Of a DNA stretch of 64,000 nt, positions 26,894 through 36,800 are shown in pieces; the stretch's first letter is position 1; every line of letters starts with the position of its first letter. Position numbers and translations under genes: made by a program. The DNA lies in NCBI GenBank assembly GCA_964629545.1, contig CAZVRY010000001.1, positions 27,305 to 91,304 on the forward strand, written 5' to 3'. The notes beneath the pieces were generated by a model. That model did not search any database. It had not been told where the DNA came from and was given only the letters and a program-made list of their open reading frames with translations. This DNA comes from an uncultured Verrucomicrobiota bacterium. Lineage in GTDB: Bacteria > Verrucomicrobiota > Verrucomicrobiia > Limisphaerales > CAZVRY01.

Positions 26894-27871
26894 ATGAATC
26901 CCTTTGAATCAAAACTGGCCGGGCACCACCTGGCTTTGCGCCGAGGACCGCTCCGGACGCTGCAAATCAATGTCGGGCGCAAGTGCAATCAGACTTGCAC
27001 GCATTGCCATGTGGACGCGGCGCCGTGGCGCACCGAGATGATGCCGGCGCACATTGCCCTGCGCGTGGGGGAGTGGATTCAAGAGCATCGTCCGCCCATC
27101 GTGGACATCACGGGCGGAGCGCCGGAGTTGAGCGAGCATTTCCGTTACTTCGTTGAAACCGCGCGTGAGGCTGGTTGCCAGGTCATGGATCGCAACAATC
27201 TCACCATCATTGAGACGCCCGCTTTCGCTTGGCTGCCGGAGTATCTGGCGCGGCACGGAGTCGAGGTGGTGGCCTCGTTGCCGTGTTACCGCGCTCAGGA
27301 AGTTGACGCCCAACGCGGCGAAGGGGTATTCGAGAAGAGCATTTCCGCGCTCAAGAAGCTGAACGCGGTCGGCTATGGCACGCGGCTACCGCTCCATCTG
27401 GTGTTCAATCCGATGGGCGCAAAGTTACCCGGACCGCAGGTGGAGTTGGAGGCGGATTACAAGGAAGCGCTCCATCGCGAGTTTGGCATCGTGTTCAACC
27501 GACTGTTCACCATCACGAACCAACCAATCGCCCGCTTCGCCGAGGACCTGCGCCAGCACGGACAGTGGGACGTCTATCTGGAGTTGCTCGACCACAGTTT
27601 CAATCCGGCCACGGTCGAGGGTTTGATGTGTCGCAGCACGATCAGCGTGGGCATGATGGGCGAGGTATTCGACTGCGATTTCAACCAGATGCTCAAGATG
27701 CAGGTACGCAACGGCAAACCCCTTCACTTGTGGGACGTGTCACCGGAGCGGCTCGAAGGCTGGGAGATCCTGACGGGCGTTCATTGCCTAGCTTGCACGG
27801 CGGGTTGCGGCAGCAGTTGCACCGGGGCGGTGATCGAAGAAGTCGAGCGGCAACGGTCGCGCCGATCTTGA
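26894..27871 (+). CDS. arsS: Radical SAM/Cys-rich-domain protein of the ArsS (TIGR04167, arsenosugar-biosynthesis) family
   Basis: 325 aa. 'LRTLQINVGRKCNQTCTHCHVDAAP' contains the CX3CX2C radical-SAM motif. The C-terminal Cys-rich tail is 'CLACTAGCGSSCTGA'. Length and termini are typical of the family. Confidence 0.65.
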   Translation: MNPFESKLAGHHLALRRGPLRTLQINVGRKCNQTCTHCHVDAAPWRTEMMPAHIALRVGEWIQEHRPPIVDITGGAPELSEHFRYFVETAREAGCQVMDRNNLTIIETPAFAWLPEYLARHGVEVVASLPCYRAQEVDAQRGEGVFEKSISALKKLNAVGYGTRLPLHLVFNPMGAKLPGPQVELEADYKEALHREFGIVFNRLFTITNQPIARFAEDLRQHGQWDVYLELLDHSFNPATVEGLMCRSTISVGMMGEVFDCDFNQMLKMQVRNGKPLHLWDVSPERLEGWEILTGVHCLACTAGCGSSCTGAVIEEVERQRSRRS

Positions 27872-27892
27872 TTCCCATAGCCTCTTGCCCTG

Positions 27893-29200
27893 ATGATCGG
27901 CAGACGACGACTTATCCTTTTCGCTCGCTATCCCGAAGCGGGGCGGGTGAAAACGCGCTTAATTCCGGCCTTGGGTGCTCAAGGCGCGGCAGGACTGCAT
28001 CGGCGGATGGTGTTGCGTACCTTGCGCACGGCGGAGTCGGCTGCGCGGGAAGCCGGTGCCGAACTGGAGATTCGATTTGACGGGGGCCAGGAGGAGGCGA
28101 TGCGCCATTGGCTTGGGCACCCCTGGCCCTACCGACGGCAGAGCGCTGGCGATTTGGGCCAGCGCATGGCGGCGGCCTTCGAAGACAGTTTTCGGGAAGG
28201 TTCGACAGCCACGGTGATGATTGGCAGCGATTGCCCTGCGCTGACCTGCGAGGTGCTCGGCGCGGCGTTTGATTCGCTGCGATCACACGCGGTCGTCTTC
28301 GGCCCAGCGACGGACGGGGGCTATTACCTCATCGGTCTCACGCATCCCGTGCCGGAATTATTCCATGGGGTTGCCTGGGGAACGGAAAAAGTGCTCCGCC
28401 AGTCACTCGACATCCTCGCGCGGAATGGTGAGAAGCCCGCGCTCCTTCAGCCGCTCGACGACCTCGACCGACCCGAGGATTTGGTCGGCTGGCGGCGGAC
28501 CGTTGAAGTCGAAGCGGCGGACCTGGGCCGCGTTTCCGTCATCATCCCCACCCTGAACGAACCGGCGAACGTGACGGCGGCGATCGAGTCGGCGCGCGCG
28601 GGTCACCCTCACGAAATCATCGTCGTGGACGGCGGCAGCACGGACGACACGCGCGGTATCGCCAAGGCCGCGGGAGCGTGCGTCATCCAATCCGGTCCAG
28701 GTCGGGCCCGGCAAATGAACGCTGGCGCAGCCCGAGCTTCCGGCAATGTGTTGCTGTTCCTTCATGCCGACACGCTGCTTCCCGAAGCATGGACGCCTCG
28801 AGTGTCCGAAACCTTGGCTAGGCCAAAAGTTGCGGCGGGCGCATTTCGCTTTCGCATCGCTGAAGATTTCCCTGGTCGATGGATAGTGGAATGGACGACG
28901 GACCTTCGCTCCCGGTGGTTTCAGATGCCCTACGGCGACCAGGGGCTTTTCCTTCGACGATCCGTCTTCGAGGAACTGGGCGGGTATGCGGACCTGCCGA
29001 TGATGGAGGATTACGAGTTGGTGACCAGGCTGCGGCCCCGGGGGCGCCTCGTGACCCTTGCCGAGGCGGTTCGAACCTCGGGCCGCAGATGGCGTCGAAT
29101 GGGCGTCATCCGTGTGACCTTGATCAACAAACTCATGATCGCAGGGTTCAGAATGGGGGTCTCTCCCCTCACGCTTGCGCGATGGTATCGTCGTGCTTGA
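27893..29200 (+). CDS. Fusion protein: DUF2064/TIGR04282-type glycosyltransferase (N-half) + TIGR04283-type family-2 glycosyltransferase (C-half)
   Basis: N-half: 'LILFARYPEAGRVKTRLIPALG...GPATDGGYYLIGL'. C-half: 'VSVIIPTLNEPANV...EIIVVDGGSTDDT...GRARQMNAGAARASGNVLLFLHADTLLP'. It is 435 aa, about the sum of the two usual separate proteins. Confidence 0.7.
   Translation: MIGRRRLILFARYPEAGRVKTRLIPALGAQGAAGLHRRMVLRTLRTAESAAREAGAELEIRFDGGQEEAMRHWLGHPWPYRRQSAGDLGQRMAAAFEDSFREGSTATVMIGSDCPALTCEVLGAAFDSLRSHAVVFGPATDGGYYLIGLTHPVPELFHGVAWGTEKVLRQSLDILARNGEKPALLQPLDDLDRPEDLVGWRRTVEVEAADLGRVSVIIPTLNEPANVTAAIESARAGHPHEIIVVDGGSTDDTRGIAKAAGACVIQSGPGRARQMNAGAARASGNVLLFLHADTLLPEAWTPRVSETLARPKVAAGAFRFRIAEDFPGRWIVEWTTDLRSRWFQMPYGDQGLFLRRSVFEELGGYADLPMMEDYELVTRLRPRGRLVTLAEAVRTSGRRWRRMGVIRVTLINKLMIAGFRMGVSPLTLARWYRRA
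28568..28650 (+). repeat. Source copy of the 83-bp segment duplicated at 4839-4921
   Basis: See the feature at 4839-4921. Here the segment lies in its native reading-frame context inside the glycosyltransferase gene. Confidence 0.9.
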
Positions 29201-29253
29201 CCCGTTCGTTAAGGACTCGAACGGTGTTAGAATCCGCGCCGAGGAGGTGGCGG

Positions 29254-29661
29254 ATGGAAACACTGGACGAATTCTCGAATACGGAACTGCTCGCGCGACT
29301 GGCGGGGAAGCCTGCGGCGGCGGTTTTGCTGCAGCGCTACGGCCGGCTCAGGAGCCTGGCGCAGGCGTCGTTCGATGAACTGAAGATCACCCAAGGGGTG
29401 GGTCGGTCCAGGGCGGCGGCGATCCGAGCCGCGTTCCTGCTGGCGCAGCGGTTGGCCCGGGAGATTCCTCCGGACCCACCCTTGATGGACACCCCGGAGC
29501 GGGTGGCGGACCTGCTCAGGGAAGAGAACCGGCCTTATACGGTTGAGCACTTTCAGGTGCTATTCCTCAACACGAGACGGCGGCTCATCCGGGTGGAGAA
29601 GCTCAGCCAGGGCACCCTCGACACGCTTCTCATCCATGCCCGCGTACTCCTCGTCGCGTAG
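29254..29661 (+). pseudogene. radC: RadC-family gene truncated before the JAB/MPN domain core (135 aa)
   Basis: 'METLDEFSNTELLARLAGKPAAAVLLQRYGRLRSLAQASFDELKITQGVGRSRAAAIRAAFLLAQRL...EHFQVLFLNTRRRLIRVEKLSQGTLDTLLIHAR' has the RadC N-terminal HhH region and the start of the MPN domain. Homology breaks at 'VHPRE'-equivalent position and a stop follows, whereas normal length is ~220-230 aa. Confidence 0.6.
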
Positions 29662-30158
29662 GCCGTAAGAACGCCGGTGTGACGCGACTGCGTTCCTGCA
29701 AGCTCTACCGGTTGACTCCGGCGGGGGGAAGGATCGTTGCGTTGTTGGAACGGTGAAACCTCGGACCATCCACGGGGCTCGTCCGGCCACCGACGAAGGC
29801 GGCGATTGAGCAATGCCTCTTCGGACTTGGGCTGTTCACCCTTCAGTTGGGCGGCAGCCGGCTCACCGTTTCCTCGCATCGCAACCGGAATGAGCCCCAG
29901 AAACAGGCCAGAATCATCAAGGATTCTGGATGTTTCTGTTCTACGCCCCAGGCCGGTTCGGGTTGAGGTTTCAAATCCAATCCGCACTCAAATCGGAGCA
30001 CTGCGCCGGACGCGTGACGGAGACGCGCACGCGGGCAGGCGACGAAAAGCGACCGAGCACGGACTGCCCCAACAACCAAGAGGCCCGGCAAACCCGATTG
30101 TCCGGTGGGAATCCGCGCGATTTGCTCCATGTCGGCACGGCGGGAGTCTTGCGTCATT

Positions 30159-30846
30159 TCATTCCGCCCGCACTCTCACGAAGCGCGATCTCGGCCCCGC
30201 TGGCAGTGTGGTGACCACCGGGGACGCTTGACCTTCGACCACCTTGATCTCCTCCCAGGTCACAAGGTTCGTCGATACCTCCACGTGATAGTTCTGCTGG
30301 AGCGTGCCAGTGATCGTGAAGCGAAAGGACCCGTCCGCTAAGACCGCGACGTCCGTCAGCGCGACGAAAGGGGCGATTCGGTCCAGCGGCACCCGGAATT
30401 GCTGGATCGCGTCCGGGCTGGCCCGGTAGCGCGCCAGCAGGGTCGCGGCTCGGTCGATCCGGGGGAGCCGGATCAAACCCGAGTAGCGCCCGACGGTGTT
30501 TTGCGTAAACCGATCGGGGCCCTGTTCGAGCGTTCCGGCGAGGTTGGCCGCTGCGGTCCATACCGACGTGACATCGCCCGGCCGCGTCCAGGCCAGCAGC
30601 AGCTTCGCCGCGCCTCCGTCCTCCACCGCCGCCAAGGCAGGTGACCCACGCGTTTCAGCCGCCAGGAGACGCCCCGGATCTCGGCCGACTCGACCTCGAG
30701 CGACGCCTCGACGTCGGACCACAGGCCATCAACCACCTCGAGTTGGCCGAAGCGAGCGGGAGATTCAGCGCGGTCAGCCTGGGGTCGAACCCGAGAACCC
30801 GCACCGTGAGGTTTTGCTCGTCCGGCTCGAGTTGCAGCCGGGCCAC
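30159..30846 (-). pseudogene. Frameshifted remnant of a secreted protein ending in the PVC-type C-terminal beta-sandwich ('...RFVRVRAE')
   Basis: A continuous sensible translation needs three frames. Frame 1: 'VARLQLEPDEQNLTVRVLGFDPRLTALNLPLA'. Frame 2: 'RFGQLEVVDGLWSDVEASLEVESAEIRGVSWRL'. Frame 3: 'AAKLLLAWTRPGDVTSVWTAAANLAGTLEQGPDRF...YHVEVSTNLVTWEEIKVVEGQASPVVTTLPAGPRSRFVRVRAE*'. That implies at least two frameshifts. Confidence 0.5.
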
Positions 30847-30882
30847 ATGCGTGCGGCCGACGAAGCCGGTGCGAGGACTGGA

Positions 30883-33800
30883 TTACTCCTCCAGAAACGG
30901 GGTCCCAAGCCTGCTCACGATCGCCCGGCCGGACGACATCTTGACGAGGACGTTGCGGACGACATACCCGCAATCGCCGGAACGGCAAACATCGTCGAGG
31001 ACCAGGAGATGCACGCCCGGGGTGTAGGTGGTCGCGGGTAGGATGGCGAAGGTCCCTCCACCCGCCGCGCGTGCTTCGACCGAGAGCGTGGCGCCACCTT
31101 CCGCAACCGCGATCCGTAACTCCACGGCCCGTTGATCCGCCGCAAACTCAATGAGCGTCTCCGCGGTTAGTTCCAACCCGGTTTCGCCAGCCACCGGCCG
31201 CATGGTGGAGGTCGCCAACGCGCCGGTGCCATCCTTAAACGTCCACAACGTGTCGGTCATGGGCTGAGGATTCCGGGTCGGGGTCAACGCCAACTCGGCC
31301 ACATTGCGACGGAAAAGCGTCGGAACGGGTCCGCCGCAAATCTTCAGCAGGCGCGTTCGCCCGCCGGGAGTCGTGACGACCACGCGCGCAATCGGTCGAG
31401 GCGTTCCCGTGAAGGCGACGGTTTCGCCGTAGAACGAGGTGGCCCGGTTCAACCGAAAAAGCGGCAGGGCAGCGCCGGCGTCGTCGTAGGGTTGGAACTC
31501 GATCAAGCCCGAGCCCGAATAGTATTCGATCTCCACGTAGGGGCACGGCTGCGCGAAAAGCAGTTCCGCCTGGTATTCCACCTCATAGCCCGTATGCGGA
31601 ATGTCCGGGTAACGACTGATCTGTGCGGCCGGGGCCACGACTCCGCTGCTGTCCCGCGCGGTGAGCGTGAGGTCGCCTTGGACCCATGGGTTTGGCAGGG
31701 ACCCGACTTCCGCCGCCTGGATCGGGAGGCAGGAACGTGAATCCAACGCCGAAGCTGGCGCAGGCGGTCGCAGGCAAAGCGAACGAAGATGGACCGTGTT
31801 CCCCGCGCCCAAGATCTGAATCCGCCGCAAGGGCCGGCTGGCGCGCGCGTTCAAATTGACGGTGGCGGAGAAGTCGCTGGTCGGTTCCGCGCTCGTCACC
31901 TCCCGGCCGGCTTCGCCCGCATCGTCGAAGGCCACGAAGGTCACCGGACCTCCGAACTGGCGAAACGTCACCTGGACGGCGGTCGCCGGCGCCGGCAGTT
32001 CCACCTCCATCCGCTCCCCGAACGACAGCGCGGAAAGACCGCCGAATTCCTGCACCAGGTTTTCTGGACCAGGCACTCCGGTGGCGCTGGCGCGTGTGAA
32101 CGTCCAGCCGGCGTTGCGCCAGGGATTGGGCCGCGGGCCGACCGCATCCGTCGTGACATCGAGGCAACCTTCGGCTGGATTGGGGGCCCCGACGCTGGCG
32201 TAGCCCTGCGCCCCCGTCGGTTCCAGCACGATGCCGCGGCGACCGCTGGGGAGAGGCCGACCAGGACCGAGCTCCTGCCAGGGCCCGAGGATGGTGTTGG
32301 CGAACCTGATCCTGGCGAGGGTCGAGGGGGCCTCATCCCATTCCAAGTGGAGGAGCCCCCCATCAAGATTGAGTCTGATTTCGGGTGCCGTGGGCGCGCT
32401 GCGCCCCGCGAACATCGGCAGGGTCCAGGATCCAAAATGGCTGGCGCGGAACTCCAGTAGATTTGCGGTGGGCGCTCGCTCCGCATTGTCGGAAATGAGG
32501 TCAACGCGATCCACCGATTGCGCGCCCACCCCGATCATCTCCGCACCCGTGAGACGATTCCACGTCAAGGTCCAGGCCAATTGGCCCCCGACCGCCCGGG
32601 CGCTCACTCGGTCAGGCAGGGTGTAGGGAATCAGCGGGCCGGCCACGCCTTCCGCGGTCACGGGCAAGCCTGCCACGGCCGGCAGTTCGCGCCCTGCCAG
32701 CGACCAGCGCAGCGTGAAGGTGGTCGCGCGCAACCCCGGGAATCGAACGCCGAATCTGACATAGGGCGTGGATGGGATCGCGTCGCCACTCAGCACGGTC
32801 TCGGGCACGCTGGCTCCATCGGTTGGCAGCAGGCGCAGATCGAGGGTGGCGCCGGACGCTGGTCCCTGGCCCGAGCTGTAGCCCAGGCGTCCAAGCTCGA
32901 GGTCGAACGGCAGGCCGCCCGGGAGATTTACCGCGATTCCGTCCTGGCCGCTGGCGGAAAGCCCGTTGACGACCAGGCTGCCAAAGCCGTCCGGACGCAA
33001 GCGGGCGTTGCCCAAAGGCCGAGCGAGACGACCTCCCACGAAAGTGGCTTCGCTGGGATTCGCCGTGCTGGTCGACAGTCCGCTGAGACGCAGCGGGGCG
33101 GCCTGGTTGCCGGCGAAAACCAATCCGCGCAGGCTGCCCGGAACCAGCGGCCGGGCCAGCTTGAGGTTCCACGCGATCGCGGTCGCGGCGATGGTTTCCC
33201 CGCCGGGAAGTGGCACCGTCAGGGGGCTGCTCGCATCGGCAAGCTCAAGACCGAGCGACAAACTGCCGTCCGGCTCGACGGCGGCGGTGAGGACGCTGGC
33301 GGGCACGCCTGCGCTTGACTCCCAGCCGGCGGGCAACGCTTCCGGCAACCCGATGAAACTGCGGACCGAGCCATCGGCGAGGCGAACCTCCAGGCGATAG
33401 TCTTCCGGCCTGGGATGAGCGTCCGGTCCCGGTTGGGTTCGCATGCTGGATGGTTCGGGGCCGGCGGCGAGGACCATTCGACTCCCCCTCCGCGTCAGCG
33501 AGAGGGTAGCGAGGGGGATGGTGGCCGCCCCGGGACCGCTCTCCAGAGATCCGCCCGCAGTCACTTTCACCACCGCGTCATCTGTCAGATCCGGGAAGGT
33601 CATGGCCAGCCGCGCGACCGACTTGCCGGCGCGGAACCTGCCCGAGAGCAGCGGTGATGAAGGCGCGTCCGTCAGGTCGAGGTAACCCAGGACCAAGTCG
33701 TCCAGGTTGGCCGCCTCAAAGCGGCCGGGATTCCCCAGGTGCCAGTCACCGTAAAGGCCCAACGGATTCCCCAGCGCCCAGGTCGCTCGAACGGCGGGGG

Positions 33801-36800
33801 GCAAAGGGGATGGAAGCGGCGGCGGGGAAGGCCATGTTCGTCGGATGAGCAACTCTCCAGCCGTGGAGAGAAGCGTAGCGCCGTAAGCGCCGCGAAATTC
33901 CTGCCCGAACTGGGTGCTGGCCGCCCCGATGATCGTTCGTTCTTCAAGTCCGCTGCACTGCAGAGCCAGGCTCGACAGAGAGGAGGGGACGATTCGCCCC
34001 AGGCCATCGGGATAGAATTCTATCCGGTCCGCGAAGAAGTAGGAGAACGTGCGGTCGTTGACCACCGTGATGGTCTGGGGAGAGGTGAAGGTGCATTCGA
34101 ACACGGGGCCGACATCCGGCCGAATGGAAAGCCGGATGGAGCTGGGCAGGAACGTGGGAAGCACTTCGCTGGTGAAGGGCCAGCTTCCGGGGGGCGGGGC
34201 GGTTCGACGACTCGACTCATGGAGCAGTTTTGCGCCTTCGTAGAGTCGGAGACCGTAGGTGGCGGAGTTCACTCCGGCGAAGTCGGGCAGCGCGTCGAAC
34301 ATGGTAGCGTAAAAGGGGTCGCGGACCAGCCGAAGGCCGGCCAGCGTGGCCCCGTCCACCCCAGCCGCGGTGGCTCGGAATACCGCTCCGTCCGGCATGG
34401 TCCGCACGTCAACGATCCGGTCGAAATCGACCCTGAGTCCTTGAACGTCGCCCGGTTCGAAGCGCAAGCCGTCCTCGCCCGAGGCGGTGAGATTCCTGAC
34501 GGCCAATTGAGCGGTGCTCTCGAACGCGAGGGTTGCGTGGCCCAGCGGCGTGGTGGGAAAGCCGAAGGCCAGGAACGGCTGGACGGGGATCCCTTGCCGC
34601 GGATCCGTCCCTCGCCTCAGTTCCTCCAGATCAGACACGCCGTCACGGTCGGCATCGGCAGCGGCGTCGATGATGAGCATCCCGAGGTAGTAGAGCTCCA
34701 GGCTGTCCGCGACACCATTGGCGTTGCCATCCTGGACCGGAGGGGTCGGGAGTTCGAGGAGGTCCAGGTGCGTCGGCTGAATCGCCAGGCCTGCGCACGC
34801 CGCCGAGCCTCCCGTCCAGGCATAGCCCCGGATGCGCAGCAAGGCCCCCGCCGGAAGCGCATAGCCGAGTCCGAGAAACGGGGCCGCCCCTCGAGCATCC
34901 ACCAACGCCAAACCTTGTCCCGAACCCTGCTCGGCCAGGGCAATACACTCTCCAGGCGCTAGGTCGGCCGTAAGCCGGGCGGTCCATTCCCGCTCGAGTC
35001 GAGCGGGGACGCGTCCTGGCAATGCTGCGGCCGCCGCTCGCGCCTCCTCCATTTGCGCGATGGACAGCTCCCACCGGGAAGAAGTCACCAGCGCTTGGTG
35101 CAAAGAACCGCCGGACAGGAACGACCGGATGGCATCGATGGGCGAGGGCGGAATCGAAGCGGCGGGCTCAGGTGAAAGGGCCGAGATGCGATAAAACTCG
35201 AACGCGAGGTTACGCAGGGCTTGACCTGCGGGATCGCCCGCGTCGTGCAACACACCGTGGATAAAGGCGCGAATCTCGGTAAGCGCATAGGCGGGGAAAC
35301 GAGGGTTCGAAGACGATTCCAAAGCCTGCCGGAGCTCTTCGGGGAACGGGACGTAACTCCCCGAGGGAACGGGATTGGCATCCGGTGCGGCCAGGGACTC
35401 GAGCGTCCGAAAGGGAGTCAGGGTCAGGCGTGGTGCGTGAAGACTGCCGCGCTGGAAGAGGAACTGAGCAACGGCGTGCTCGACCAGCAGAACCTCCATC
35501 GTGGACAGACCATCGAGGTCGGCGGTCTGGGTAGCCGATGGCCGAATCTCGTAGAAGGCGATGGCTTCGGCCAGCCAACGCGCGGTTTCCTCGGCCTCCG
35601 ATCCGGTTCCCCGCACGAAGCGAAAAGGGTCGGGCGGAGTCGACGGCGGGAGCACAAAAGACACCAGCTCGCGGCCACGATTCGTGCCGAGGGTGCCGTC
35701 GGGTAGACGGATCGCGAAACGGTCCTGAGTTGAGGCCAGGAGCAACCCTGGTTGGAAACTCGCATCCACCGCCGAAAATCGCGCGGCCGGGAAGGCACCG
35801 GGCGGAGAGAGGAGCGCGTGCGTCTCCGCATAGGTCACTGAGCTTGCGCGTTCATCCGGCGTGACTCGGCCCGGGAAGGCGCCGGCCGGAGCGCGGCCGT
35901 AGAGATCGTACAACCAGATCCTGGTTGGATGGTTCTCCGCGGAGCCAGCCGGTCCTTTGGGCAGGCTGGGCGCGAAAACGGGGGGCACGCCAGCCACGCC
36001 GGTGTGCGAGTGGGGGGCCAACAACACTTGCACCGCCCATTCCGGCGCCGGTCGCAGGGTCGCGGTGTCCGGCGGTTGGCTCGCCGGATCCAGCGGGTCG
36101 GTGCGGTTCAACAACTCCGCCAGATCGCTGACCCCGTCGTTGTCCGCATCACGGTGGCTCGCGCAAGGATCCAGCCCATAGGATCGCTCCACAAAATCCG
36201 GCACGCCATCTCCGTCGCAATCGGCGAGCGGTTCCGTCAGGCGGATGGAGTAAACGGCCTGGCGAATCGTGCCCCGCGCGCCGTCGCGCTCCCTTCGCCA
36301 GCAGAACTCGAAAGTCGTCGTTCGACTCAAAGGACCGATCTCCCCCGTGGAGGAACGCCATTCTCCTTTGTCTGCGCGATACCAAATCCGGCCGGGCTCC
36401 GCGACGCTGGCCGGCGATGGGTTCGCACTGATGACAATCCCCGGCGAGTAGGTGCCGGCAGGTGGGTAGAGCGCCACTCCCGGCTGCGGGTCCCCGTTCA
36501 TTGGAGCCCAAGAGAAGGCGCTGACGTTGGGTCGGTATTGATTCACCAGACCCGCCACCGTGCCCATCGGCACACTCAAGGCCACCTCGGCCGGAGTGGC
36601 CAATCCGACCGTGGCACCTCCGAACCGTTCCGCCACCACCGAACCGCTCCCCGGCGATGGGCCCAAGGTCAGGGACTTCGTCCAATCGCCAACCCGTTGG
36701 CGCGCGATGGGCAGCATGCCCTCGCTCAGAAACGGCGGGCCCGGGAGAAAGAGCAGATTGGCGCCGAGGGTCCAAGGCGTGATCGAAGGCAATGACCGGC

